Shown here one piece after another: positions 1 through 11,877 of a stretch of DNA of 64,000 nucleotides (its first letter is position 1; every line of letters starts with the position of its first letter). Below the pieces are notes generated by a model that was given only the letters and a program-made list of their open reading frames with translations, made no database searches and was not told the DNA's origin. The position numbers were made by a program, and so were the translations under genes. Origin of the DNA: Octopus vulgaris (lineage: Eukaryota); the NCBI GenBank assembly GCA_951406725.2, contig OX597831.1, positions 7,626,001 through 7,690,000 on the forward strand, in the 5' to 3' direction.

Positions 1-900
1 AGTAAAATTGACATCAGCAGGAATTGAACCCAGAATGCAGAGTATTACAACAAATACCACGAGGTATTCTATTTAATGTCTTATCAACTTTGTCAAACCT
101 TGCCATCCATATATATGTTTTTCGTTCTTCTATTATCTTCTGACACTGTTAAGGAGGAGTTGGTCCTCACATCTCTGGACTCCTATGCAAGATCATTTCG
201 GCCAATATTGTATCATTCTAAGTATAGATTATTATTATTATTTTAGATGAGTTGCCAGAACAATGGAGTACCAGGGTTAGTCTTGGGAAGGTTGGTATCA
301 AAAGGGTTAAGATAACAGGGTGTGATTTGAGGGAAATTTGGCTGATATTTCTAGCATGCCATGTGACTGCATAGCAGCTTGGCATATTTCAAGCTTATTC
401 TCATCATTTTCAATATTATCAACACAACAGAATTTGTAGCATCTGTCAATTCTATTTCCTAAAAACCTTTCTGATAACAAACGTTCATTCTCTCATATAT
501 CTTTTAATTAATTCTTAAGATGCTAAGCTGACAGGATTGTGAACACATCAGACAAAATGCTTTGCAACATTTCTTCTGGCACTTTACATTCAGAGTTCAA
601 ATTCTGCTGCGGTCATCTTTGCTTTTCATCCTTTTGGGGGTGGATAAAATAAATACCAGTTGAACACTGGGGGGTGTCAATGTAATCAACTGAACTCTTC
701 CCACAAAAACTGCCGGCATGGTGCCAACATTTGAAGCCATTATTTAATCAGGGGAAGGGCAGCACCTAAGAGCATATGTAGTCCCCCCTAACTGGTGAGA
801 CAAATGTTGCCAATGTCCAATTAAAGCGGCTGCTTTCCTACCACAATTCCAAGAAAGCATTGCAAGTAAAAGGTATCCACAATCATATTAAAATAATATT

Positions 901-1129
901 TCTTTATTGCCCACAGGGGCTAAACACAGAGGGGACAAACAAGGACAGACAAGGGGATTAAGTCGATTGTATCGAGCCCAGTGCATAACTGGTATTTATT
1001 TAATCGATCCCGAAAGGATGTAAAGCAAAATTGACCTCGGCAGGAATTGAACGCAGAATGTAAAGGCAGACAAAATAGCGCTAAGCATTTCGCCAGTGTG
1101 CTAATGATTCTGCCAGCTCGTTGCCCTTA
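901..1129 (-). mobile_element. SINE with a Deu/Nin-type core (family A), full length with TSD
   Basis: Deu/Nin-like core (family form gcctttcatcctttcggggtcgataaattaagtacca). 14-bp TSD attaaaataatatt at 887-900 and 1130-1143. Many paralogues in the window. Confidence 0.85.
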
Positions 1130-1324
1130 ATTAAAATAATATTCAAAATGGTATAAAAATATAAGTTTAAATGTTCTATTTAATTGATACATTAAAGAAT
1201 TTGATATTGCTGTGGTTAACTTTACTCTTCAATCTTTTGGGATTAATAAAATAAAATACTGGTTGAGTACTGGAGTTTGACCACAAATTGTGGCCTTATA
1301 CCAATTGAGGTCCACAATAAAGTA

Positions 1325-1577
1325 CCTTGTGAAAGGTAGGAGAGTCCAGTTTACTGGACATTGTTGTAGAGCTGAAAAAGAGGTAATTTCTACTCTCCTC
1401 CTCTGGAAGCCATCTACTCGCAATGCCAGAGGGCGCACACTCTCCTACCCTGATGTAATCTCCAGGGATACAGGCATCCAGCAACAGGACCTCCGTAATG
1501 CCATGATGGACCGTGAAGTCTGGCGTAGCATAGTAAATTCGATTGTCTCGACCACAGTCGAACAATGATGATGATGA
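1325..1577 (+). mobile_element. 3' end of an RTE/RTE-X-like LINE
   Basis: Translates RRVQFTGHCCRAEKEVISTLLLWKP...DLRNAMMDREVWRSIV, followed by a (TGA)n tail. Confidence 0.75.
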
Positions 1578-1957
1578 AAGTATTTTACTTTCTGTTGTTG
1601 AGTCAAAGGAGGGCTGTTGCCAGAGTTTGGTGGAAGAAGGAGCATCTCCTAATTCCAAAAGGTGAAAGGACGAGCGGAATTATTGTGGTTTAAAACACAA
1701 GACTTGAAGAATTAACATTGAAATGCTTAACTAATGGTTAACAGATTGCACCATGAACTGATGGAGTGTGAGTCTAAGTCAGCAGAAGACACTGCTTCAG
1801 CTGGGCTGGCCATTGGGTATGAGAGAGACTGAACGTGTTTTTTTAGTTTTGTTTTATTTTATCTTTGTGTTTGATTTGTTTCTGTGATGAAAATGTAACT
1901 GGAAACACAGAAACACAGCAGGAAGCAGAAAGAAAAGAAACAAACAGAAATGTCTAG

Positions 1958-2279
1958 TGTGTGTGTGTGTTCATGTGTGTGTGTGTATGCATGTCTCTGT
2001 GTGTCTGTGTATGCATGTCTGTGTGTGTGTATGCATGTCTGTGTGTGTGTGTATGAATGTGTGTGTGTGTGCATGTGTGTGTGTATGCATGTGTGTGTGT
2101 GTAAGTCAGCATGTGTGTGTGTGTGTGTATGTATGTGTGTGTGTGTGTATGCATGTGTGTGTGTGTGTATGTATGTGTGTGTGTGTGTGTGTATGCATGT
2201 GTGTGTGTGTGTGTATGCATGTGTGTGTGTGTGTGTATGTATGTGTGTGTGTGTGTATGCATGTGTGTGTGTGTGTATG

Positions 2280-2322
<43 letters not shown>

Positions 2323-2346
2323 GTGTGTGTGCATGTGTGTGAGTGT
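1958..2346. repeat. Compound (TG)n/TATGCA microsatellite
   Basis: Directly visible. It is the source of the HT- and CV-rich spurious ORFs. Confidence 0.97.
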
Positions 2347-2867
2347 GAAATATAATTTTCTTTAGTTTATACATTAATGTGTGTTGCTGTCAGTGTTATT
2401 TATTTTTCCCCATCATTTCTTCACAGCATGGAGGAGAACGTAATGTCTTGGTTGGTGTCTAAGGAAAATACTCTAAGCGATAATTGTTCTCAAATTAATT
2501 TAAACTAAATAAATGCTGTAATATAAATATATAGAAATTATCACGTTGAATCTTTCCCCAACCCTTCCACAACTTAGACATTTTCTCCTACTAACAGATA
2601 GGAAGTAGTCTAATTCAACCAAACCCAGGGAGAGGGTGGGGTGGGGTAGAAAATTGATAATTTATAATTTGAAAGAAAATCCATAAAAAAATAATCGAGT
2701 TGAAAGTTTTGTTTTTCTGTTATTTTCACAGAGAATTTCTCAAGTTATTCAAAAAAGCAAGTACAAAACTTTAATAACTTGTCAGTTTATTATCTTACTT
2801 CATCTTAAGAAAGTATAATTAAAGTCTTCTCGGTGAAAATATCGAAATTGAACCGATAAACTTTAAA

Positions 2868-3175
2868 CTTTCAAGGCCCACAGCCCTTCTGAGGCCCACA
2901 GCTCTTCAATATCCTCCCGAAGAACCTAAGAGACCTGCATGGGGTGGATGCAGATGTCTTTAAAATGAAACTGGATCTCTTCTTGTCAGGTATCCCAGAT
3001 GAACCAACTTCACGGCAGGAGGTGCAGAAGAGGGCAGCTGCATTGAACTCTCTCATGCACCAAATGGCAGTTGCTAAAAAGCATTCGTGAAATAAAACCA
3101 TGTAGCAACACCAAATGGCGGTGCCCCAGCATGGCCACAGCTCGTGAGCTGAAACTAGAATCAATCAATCAATCA
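2868..3175 (+). mobile_element. 3' fragment of a CR1-like LINE
   Basis: Translates GPQLFNILPKNLRDLHGVDADVFKMKLDLFLSGIPDEP, a CR1 C-terminal pattern. Ends in an (ATCA)n tail at 3159-3175. Confidence 0.75.
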
Positions 3176-3187
3176 TACGTAACTTAC

Positions 3188-3397
3188 TTGATTTAGAGGG
3201 TAGTTAGCAGTTATTACCCTACGGAACATTTCCACCAACCACTGGAGATTTAAAATGACAAGGCTGCGTAAAATATTGTCGACTGCCGATAAACTGCCTC
3301 CGTAGTAGATAATGACACCAAGATCGTGGTAGAAATCCAACATTGTCTGCACTTCTTGTTCATCTTCAATTCCAATGTCTAAAGCCAAGTCTGCCAC
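3188..3397 (-). CDS. Coding exon 10: COR-A; the gene continues beyond the left edge of the window
   Basis: Acceptor tttcttccaagctcag, donor CAA|GTAAGT, 210 nt, phase 0. Reads VADLALDIGIEDEQEVQTMLDFYHDLGVIIYYGG...LRSLVILNLQWLVEMFRRVITANYPLNQ, with the COR motifs LxFYHDLGxII and VILxxQWL. Confidence 0.93.
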
Positions 3398-3984
3398 CTG
3401 AGCTTGGAAGAAACAATAACAACAGAACCAAAGAACTTTAATAAGCAATTTGTTTGTAACAATACACACGAATCTAGAGTGTCTAAAGTTCATAAAAAAA
3501 TATTCTAATTACTTTAATCAAAATGTATTGTTAAGAATAAAAATATAAACAGCTGCAATAATATTTCATAACTGAGAAACTGAATTTCACAGACTGAGAC
3601 GAGCATGTCTTTATTGTTATCTTTTAATGAGATAAAATTTGGAGAAAACTGTTTAGTTTTTTTCTGTGTTTACTGCAACAATATTGATGGTTTCAATATG
3701 ATGAATTGACAGAGTTGTAAGAATACCTTGTGGTATTTGTTGTGGATGTGTGCATTTTTGAGTGGACTGTAATTGAGGTCAACACTGAGGTTGATTTCTC
3801 TCTCCCTCTGGAAGGAAGGAATCAGCTGTGCACACAGGTATGGTCTGGAGAGGGATGGCCTTAATTGGATTTGATAAAAACCCAAGATACATTGAATATC
3901 CACTGAAAGATCCAATCCTTATTTTTGTTTTGGTGTGGTGCCCTTGAGTGTCCATGACCCTAAGAGTCATACCAGGCAGTGACG

Positions 3985-4057
3985 ACGACGACAACAACAT
4001 TGAAAAATACCTTAGGAACGATGAAGGCTGTGGAGGGTGTATCAGCCGAAATGTTGC

Positions 4058-4094
<37 letters not shown>

Positions 4095-4545
4095 GTTTAA
4101 CATCCTCTTTCCGTGCTAGCACAGGTTGGACAGTTCAACTGGGGTCTGGGAAGCCAGAAGGCTGCGCCAGGCCCAGTCTGATCTGGCAGTGTTTCTACAG
4201 CTGGATGCCCTTCATAATGCCAACCACTCCAAGAGTGTAGTGGGTGCTTTTGTACGTGCCACCAGCACAGGTGCCAGACGAGGCTGGCAAACAGCCACGA
4301 TCAGATGGTGCTTTTTACGTGCCACCAGCACGGAAGCTAGTCAGGGCAGCGCTGGCAACAGCCACGTTCGGATGGTTCTCTTACGTGCCACCGGCACTGG
4401 TATCACAGCTACAATTTCCATTGATGTTGATCGATTTCGATTTTGATTTTCGTGTTAACAACAAACAAGATGAGGGCAAATATTCATCAAATGTAAATAA
4501 TGTAAATAATGTACATAATTCCTCATCTCTTAAATATAGAACTGT
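3985..4545. mobile_element. Penelope-like terminal fragment with a nested RTE 3' end (about 4058-4450)
   Basis: The motif gatgaaggctg..gagggt.tatcagccgaaa.gttg|tgttaacaacaaacaagatgagg is split by the RTE tail. An uninterrupted copy lies in the opposite orientation at 56086-56240. Confidence 0.7.
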
Positions 4546-5564
4546 ATGAGTGAAAGACATATTGAGAGGGTTGTGGTTGAATAGTGTAGTGGAGAGATTA
4601 AATGGAGATTTAATCAGATTCCGAGGTAACATTACTGCCATGTTTATTAGAAGATAATCTGAAATGGAATATCTCATCTGGAGGACTGGATATTATTTCA
4701 TTTCAGGTTATCTTATCAACAGAAACGAGGGGAAAACCTGTGTTTACTTGCTTTGTAGAAACAGCAGCTAAATCTCACACAAATAAAAAAACCTTACTCT
4801 CTTGAAAAATAGAGAAGGACATGCAGGAAAAATGTAATCTATGTTAAAAGTTATAGTTGGAAAGATGAGATGGTCATGGCTAGAATGTCTTTCATTATAG
4901 ATGCGCATGTTAAATCAAAGATGACCCGGGGCTAAACAACAGCAACAAAAACAGAAGACCTTCATGTTTGTGTTTTGGTGGTGGTGGTGATTCCAAAACA
5001 CATCAGGCACAAACATGTTTTGAAGCAAAAGCTTTTATAATGTCATAGAAAAATAAAACAGAACAAGTACAAAACATGCAAAACTCATTGAGCTTTTGTC
5101 CTGTTCTGCCTTTTTGTCCTTAAATACATGAGAGGAACTGCAAGATTTGGAAATGAATGCAATGTGCATGATTCTCTGATTGTGGAACAGAAATCAATAA
5201 AGATTTTTCTTTCTTTCTTCTATTTTTTTTTCTTTTTTCGGGGAAACAACTGAACATGTCAAATCTTTTATATTAGACAAATGTTCTGCGTTACATGATA
5301 CGTGTACTGCTGGGCTGGGGTAAGTTGGTAAACCATTCCATTATGAGGACATTGCTGTAGGCATGTGTTCTCAATGAATGGCTTTTCTGATTAAGCAATA
5401 AATAATGCTTATCTCAGCAGAATTAAGTCACCGTTTCCAACTTGTACAATAAATATTAAACCACCGACAGCAGAAGAATTACTGCCACAACTGCACCAAG
5501 TCCATGAAGTCAGCCATTTCTCAATGGATTAACAAACTGGAGGGTAAAGATAATATATCGATGC

Positions 5565-5975
5565 AGGAATAGCCATGTGGTTGAGAAGCTGGTTTCTCGT
5601 GGTCTTGGGTTCAGTCCCACTGTGTGGCACCTTGGCCTCGGGTCAATCAAAGCCTTGTGAATGGATTTAGTGTATGGAAACTGAAAAGAAGCCCATCATA
5701 CGTGCATGTGCGTATGTGCATGTGTGTCTCTGTCTCTCTCCTTGTCTTGACATAGCATGATAGTTGTAAATGAGTGTCACTGTCATACAAGCAGTGTCGT
5801 TCATTTCCAATATTACAGGAAAACATGTCTGGCCATGGAGAAATATTACTTTGTTTGGAAATAGGTGGGGGTTGGTGACAGGAAGAGCATCCAGCCATAG
5901 ACAAATTTGCCTCAACAAACTGTATCCAATTCATGCAAGCATGGAAAAGTGTATATTAAAACAATGATGATGATG
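5565..5975 (+). mobile_element. Abundant tRNA-derived SINE, family B (representative copy)
   Basis: Motifs ggttcagtcccactg.gtggcaccttgg and gccttgtgagtggatttggtagacggaaactg. Other copies lie at about 7410, 14330, 19345, 22565, 24938, 37495, 40160, 41440, 46790, 50620, 52545 and 53180. Confidence 0.85.
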
Positions 5976-7022
5976 ATTACATTCAAAACTCACAAGTTCA
6001 AACCTTATCTCTGGTGATAATCAGGCTTCTTTCAGATTCAGTCAGCCTGGGGCTAGAGTAGAAGATGCTTGCCCCAGGGGCTGGGCAATGGAACTGAACT
6101 AAGAACCATGTGGTTGGGAAGCAAACATCTCAACCACACAGCCACATCTCTGCCTGTCTGATTTAATAAGGTGTTGGTGCCATGTAAAAAAAGCACCCAG
6201 TTCACCTTGTAAAGTGGTTGGTCTTAGGAAACCATACCGGAGCAGACAATCAGAGACTGGTGCAGCTCTTTGGCTTGCTCGCTCCTGTTAATTTGTCCAA
6301 ACCATGCCAGCATGGAAAACAGATTTTAAATGATGATGACGAATGTAGTCCTAGATAGACAGCAGCTGAGAAACAGATGGTCATGGTTGGACTGGCATTG
6401 ATCATAGCTTTGTTTGACCAGAGTTGGCCAGGAGTTCGACAACAACAACAAATACTTCTAATCATCAGCATCATCATCGTTTAGCATCTGCTTTCCATGC
6501 TAGCATGGGTTGGACGGTTCAACTGGGGTCTGGGAAGCCAGAAGGCTGCACCAGGCCCAGTCTGAACTGGCAATGTTTCTACGGCTGGATGCCCTTCCTA
6601 ACACCAACCACTCCATGAGTGTAGTGGGTGCTTTTTACATGCCACCTGCACAGGTGCCAGACGAGGCTGGCAAACAGCGAAACACGTAGAAAAATCTTGA
6701 CTAAGAGTAACATCCAACAGCTTGAAGAGAGCATGTGTATGCGAAGATATTTAGTAATTAGACTCTATTTATTGATAATATTTAAATTATCCGAGGAAAG
6801 ATTTGAATGAGAGAGTAACAAAAGTGACGATGTTATCAACACATCACAGGTAAACGAAGCTGACATTTACAGGATCTTTCATCCAATATCAATGGAAGAA
6901 GGATTCACTTTAAGATGCTCGAGAGACTTTGCATTTAATTCCTGATTTCCATAGAATAAGAGTGAAACAGAAGCAACATGTACCAAACACAGGTGAGATT
7001 TGGTAAGAAATAAAAGATCAAT

Positions 7023-7062
<40 letters not shown>

Positions 7063-7155
7063 TTCGGATTAATAACTGAAGTTTCTCCTTCGCTGAATGC
7101 TGTGATTTTGCATAATGAATTAAAGGTGCTAAGCATGTAGAACTTAATTACCTAC

Positions 7156-7299
7156 CTGGTCTATACTTGCATAATTATTAGAATTGTCAATTAGCTGATT
7201 AATTATGTCTTCAAACTGTAACCATCTTGTGGGGATCTTTTCTCCCATGTATGGTTCCTGAAGAGCCACTTTCTGGATATGTTCACGTAAGAGGCAAAT
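7156..7299 (-). CDS. Coding exon 9: ROC-COR junction
   Basis: Acceptor ttttttaaattttag, donor CAG|GTAGGT, 144 nt, phase 0. Reads ICLLREHIQKVALQEPYMGEKIPTRWLQFEDIINQLIDNSNNYASIDQ; YMGExIPxxWLxFE marks the COR start. Confidence 0.93.
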
Positions 7300-8228
7300 C
7301 TAAAATTTAAAAAATATTATAAATAATAATGAATACAGCCATCTTGATACACATATGTACTGTGGAGCTGTATTAGAGGAGGTGGTACGTCATGTTGCAG
7401 TTCATTTTGTAAGCATAGGGTTTTGAGTTCAGTCCCACTTCATGACACCTTGGGTAAGTGTCTTCTGCTTTAGCCCCAGGCTGATCACAAAGTTTGGTGA
7501 GGGGATTTGGCAAATGGAAACTGAAAGAAACCCTGTGTGTGTGAGAGGCAAGCATCTGTACAGTTTTTCTGTAGCAAATTCCACTCACAAAGCATTAGTC
7601 AACTGGAAGCTACAGGCAAAGGCACCACTCAGTAGTATAACTAGGTGTGATGGAGGGGAGAGGGTAACAGTCCACCCTGAGCAACACTTTTGGGGTCAGG
7701 TAAAGTGGGTGGGGAGAAGGCAGAGAGAGAGTAGCAGTGTCAAGGGCCACTGCAGGTGGCACACTCTAGAAACTGTACCATTCAGTGGGATCAAACGAAG
7801 AACCATAAGGATGTGAAATGTACCTCTGAACCCCATAGCTGTGCTTGCATGTGTACCCTAAGGGAAAGAAAATGGATGGCACAGCTTGAATCAGGGTAGG
7901 TCGGGTTAAATAATAGCAATAAATACATACATGCACAAACACACACATAATCTCACACACACAGGGACGCAAACACACATGGGAACACACACACATGGAC
8001 ACGGACACACACACACATACACATGCAGACACACAATGCACACATATGGATGCGGAACAGACACTCACAGACAGACAGACACACACACACACACACAGGG
8101 ATGCAGACACACAAACACACAGACACACAAACACACGGACACACATAAATAATCTATGGAATATATTAACACATGTATTCTCATTTTGAAAGCTTTTCCC
8201 TATGAATGTCTTCCTGAAGAGCTCATAC

Positions 8229-8348
8229 CTGTACATCCTCTTCATCCTCACTGCCATAGTTTTCAACAGCGAAGAATGGCTTTATTATATGTTTATAATA
8301 AGGTTTCCCAATTAGAAATTCCTCCAGGGCATTGAACTTCTCCTTCAC
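8229..8348 (-). CDS. Coding exon 8: ROC G5 region
   Basis: Acceptor gtattttgcag, donor CAG|GTATGA, 120 nt, phase 0. Reads VKEKFNALEEFLIGKPYYKHIIKPFFAVENYGSEDEEDVQ; FFAVEN is G5-like. Confidence 0.9.
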
Positions 8349-8688
8349 CTGCAAAATACAGCAAGATATTTTGAAAATAACAACAACAACAATTTCTTAC
8401 ATAAGTACAATGATTTGGCCACAAGAGCCAAAACACTGAGGACAGTACAAGGACCAATAAAGACACAGCAGTAGATTACATCAAGTAAAAGGACAAAATC
8501 TTCCAGTCTCCCACTCAGATTAAAAAGTGGAACATTATGTTGAACATTTATTGATGCTTACAGAAATACAGCCTCCTTACTTTATTGGATTATAAGCAAC
8601 CGCTAGTCTGAAGGCAGCACCTTTGCTGCTGTTTGCATTTAGCAACTAAGAGTTATCTAGGTCCAAGATCATCCACATCTTGGAATTT

Positions 8689-9120
8689 CAACCTTTAGCA
8701 TTCAGATTTTTTTGTCAAATGTATTCTTTTCTATTCTAGGCACAAAGCCTGAAATTTTGGGGGAAGGAGCCAGTCAATTAGATCAACTCCAGTATGCAAC
8801 TGGTACTTAATTTATCGACCCTGAAAGAATGAAAGGCAAAGTCAACCTTGGTGGAATTTGAACCCAGAATGTAAAGACAGACAAAATACTGCTAAGCATT
8901 TCGTCCAGCGTGCTAACTTTGTCAAATGTTTGCTTATTAATCGAGATTGTTTTGAATTAATCAAGCATTATTTTGTAGCTTCAACATTTCAATTAGTGAC
9001 TTTATATATTTTTAAAGTGGTACTGTAGGGTAGGTGTGAGAGGTTGGATGTGGTCAATTTTAACATAAAACAGGTAGAATATTTGGGTCAGATATGTCCG
9101 GATTAAATGCTAAAGGATTA
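8689..9120. mobile_element. piggyBac-type MITE with a nested family A SINE
   Basis: Body is homologous to 52644-52864. The SINE at about 8725-8918 is flanked by a ttgtcaaatgt duplication. Confidence 0.65.
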
Positions 9121-10180
9121 AACCTTTCCAAAACAACTCTACAACCACACCTTCTGGTCTTGGCCAATCCCAAAATACATGACTCCAAAGTCTTCAAAGT
9201 TGGGCATGAGTGTGTAGGCCCTGGAAATCTTGTTCTTGATGGCCTGAGGTGAGTGAGCAAAGGACTTTGCTTCTAAGCCAACACCAGGCCACATGCATTT
9301 AGATATATCCTACTCTGTATATAGCTGGGTGAACTGGAGCAATAACTGGTGAAATAAAGTATCTTGCTCAAGAATACAACACACAGCCTAGTCCAGGATT
9401 CGAACTCACTGCATCATGATTGTGAGCCCGATGCTCTAACTACTGAACCATGCATCTTCACTCAGCCGTAAAAATGAGTTACAGTGCTGTTGGTGCCCAG
9501 CTGTATCGGCCCCTTTGCCTTTCCCTTGGATAACATCAGTGGTGTGGAGAGGGGAGGTTGGTATGCATGGGCGACTGCTGGTCTTCTATAAACAACCTTG
9601 CCTGGACTTGTGCCTTTGAGGGTAACTTTCTAGGTGCAATCCCATGGTCATTCATGACCGAAGGAGGTCTTTACTCTGCATATAACCAGGTTGTTAGCTG
9701 GAAGAAAAGAAGTGAAAGCCTGCTCTTTCTGTTGTTTTAAGCTGATAGTACAAAGCTCCTCCCCTTAAACAAGACACCAGTCCATCTCACAATTAACCCC
9801 ACCAGATGTCACTGAGTTTCCCTTTTTTAAATTGGAGAATTGGAGCAACATAAAATGAAGTCTTCTACTCAAAGATGCATTTCCTTCTCTGAGAATCAAA
9901 CCCAAGTCCTATTAATGACTTGGCCATCCACCTTCACAGTTGATCAACACAAGCTATTAAAATATGGCCTTACTCACAAATACTGAAACAAGAATGAGGC
10001 AAACATGCATGGCATAGAACCGACATTCTATCCGCAGATGTTTCCATTTTATACTTATTTGGTATTTGTCAAAGCTTGGTGTTTTGAGTGTCACTCAAGT
10101 TGAGTGACAGTTTCCATCACTCTGATCTGATAAGAGACTCTTACAGAGTTGGGAAGTGATCCATTTTCTTAGACACAATA

Positions 10181-10735
10181 TCATCATCATCATCGTTTAA
10201 CATCCACTTTCCATGCCAGCATGGGTTGGACGGTTCAACCAGGAGGCTGCACCAGGCCCAGTCTGATCTGGCAGTGTTTCTACAGCTGGATGCCCTTCCT
10301 AACACCAACCACTCTATGAGTGTAGTGGGTGCTTTTTACATACCACCGGCACAGGTGCCAGGTGAGGCTGGCAACAGCCACAATCGGTTGGTGCTTTTTA
10401 CGTGCCACCGGCACGGAGGCCAGTCGAGGCGGCACTGGTAATGGCCATGTTCGGATGGTTCTTTTACGTGCCACCGGCACTGGTATCACAACTGCAATTT
10501 CCATTGATTTTTGATCGATTTCGATTTCACTTGCCTCAACAGGTCTTTGCAAGCAGAGTTTTGTGTCACAAGACGGAAACGCATGCATAAGTGGACTGGC
10601 TACATCCCAGGTAAAGGCCACTGGTTATGGTCTCACTTGTCCTGCCAGGTCTTCTCATGCACAGTACATTTCCAAAGGTCTCGGTCACTAGTCATTGCCT
10701 CGGTGAAACCTAAAGTTTGAAGGTCGTGCTTCAAC
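10181..10735 (-). mobile_element. 5'-truncated RTE LINE 3' end (ORF2 tail, 3' UTR and (GAT)n)
   Basis: KHDLQTLGFTEAMTSDRDLW matches the ORF end at about 23500-23800. The same 3' UTR occurs at about 4058, 6470, 18535, 26520, 32990, 36130, 45900, 53970 and 55200. Confidence 0.85.
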
Positions 10736-10776
10736 AAAATGAAAACATAAAACAACAAAATAAAAACTAAACTTAC

Positions 10777-10962
10777 CATCTGTTTCAGGATGTCTTGGTC
10801 ATCATCTAAGCTGTTTCGATGAGTGCCGACTATAAATATTGGTGGTGAGAGTGTGGAGTTTGTGATTGTGTTTTTTGTATTCTCTGCTGAATGAGCATGG
10901 ATAGACTTCATCCAATAATCTATGTAACCCAGATTGGACATGTTCTCAACAGTCTGGTCTTC
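10777..10962 (-). CDS. Coding exon 7: ROC G4 region
   Basis: Acceptor ttcttctcttcttgaag, donor ATG|GTAAGT, 186 nt, phase 0. Reads EDQTVENMSNLGYIDYWMKSIHAHSAENTKNTITNSTLSPPIFIVGTHRNSLDDDQDILKQM, with the Roco motifs YWxxSI and PPIFIVGTH. Confidence 0.93.
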
Positions 10963-11064
10963 CTTCAAGAAGAGAAGAAATTTGCTATAAATATGGAAAA
11001 ATGTTAAATTCATGCATAATACCAAAAACAGAGGTAATTTAAGGTCAACTAGCTTAAAAACTAG

Positions 11065-11387
11065 CATGCTGTCGGTTACAAGGATAAGGGTTCCAGTTGG
11101 TCCAATCAATGGAACATCCTACTCGTGAAATTAAAGTGCAAGTGGCTGAGTGCTCCACAGACCTGTGTCTACTCTGAATGTAGTTGTCAGGGAGATTCAG
11201 CATGACACAAAAAGTGATAAGTCTGGCCTTTTGAATTACAGACACGATTCACTTTTGCCAGCTGAGCAGACTGGCATGGCGTGAAATAAAGAGTCTTGCT
11301 CAAGGACACAAAGCACTATCGGGAATTGAACTCATGGCCTTATGATCATGAGGTGCATACCTGAACCACTGAGCCATGTGCCTTCAC
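11065..11387 (-). mobile_element. tRNA-derived SINE (head H2, tail T1)
   Basis: Head gtgaaggcacatggctcagtgg with A-box and B-box gagttcaattcc. The 3' part is shared with 29380-29570. Confidence 0.75.
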
Positions 11388-11877
11388 AACTAATTTACTT
11401 CTGTCCCAGTAACAATGAGTCAATAATAAAACAAGAGAAAACAGGGCAAAATTCTTAGCAGCCTTTTGTTCGTCTCTGTGTTCTGAGTTCAAATTCCACT
11501 GAAATCAACTTTGCCTTTCATCCATTCAGGGTTGATAAAATAAGTACCAGTTGTGTACTGGGGTTGATGTGATTGACTTACACCCCACCCCTACAATCAA
11601 CTTGCTGGCCTCGTACCACCATTTGAAGCCAATAATAATATAGTACAGTCGTTAGTGCTGGCAGATTCGTTAGCATGCCAGGCAAAATGCTGAGTGGCAT
11701 TTCTTCCAACTGATTAAGTTCTGTGTTCAAATACCACTGAGGTCAACTTTGTCTTTCATCCTCCCGGGATTGATGAAATAAAAATCACTTGAGCACTGGG
11801 GGTCAAATGTAATCGACACCCCTCCCCCGAAATTGCTGGCCTTGTTCCAAACTTTGAAATCATCATCATTATTATTA

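Noticed and set aside
1589-1648. 60-nt phase-0 AG...GT segment on the minus strand (EMLLLPPNSGNSPPLTQQQK) that could follow exon 10
   Set aside because: The donor (GTAAAA) is weak and the peptide does not resemble the expected COR continuation. It needs RNA evidence.
1859-2374. Long HT- and CV-rich ORFs, and similar ORFs at about 7766-8266, 27189-27536, 28090-29127, 40232-40559, 43579-43979, 46343-46846 and 51345-51791
   Set aside because: They are translations of microsatellites.
3670-3915. ORFs and an acceptor-like site in intron 9
   Set aside because: There is a stop in the required phase and no Roco motifs. Exons 9 and 10 already join seamlessly.
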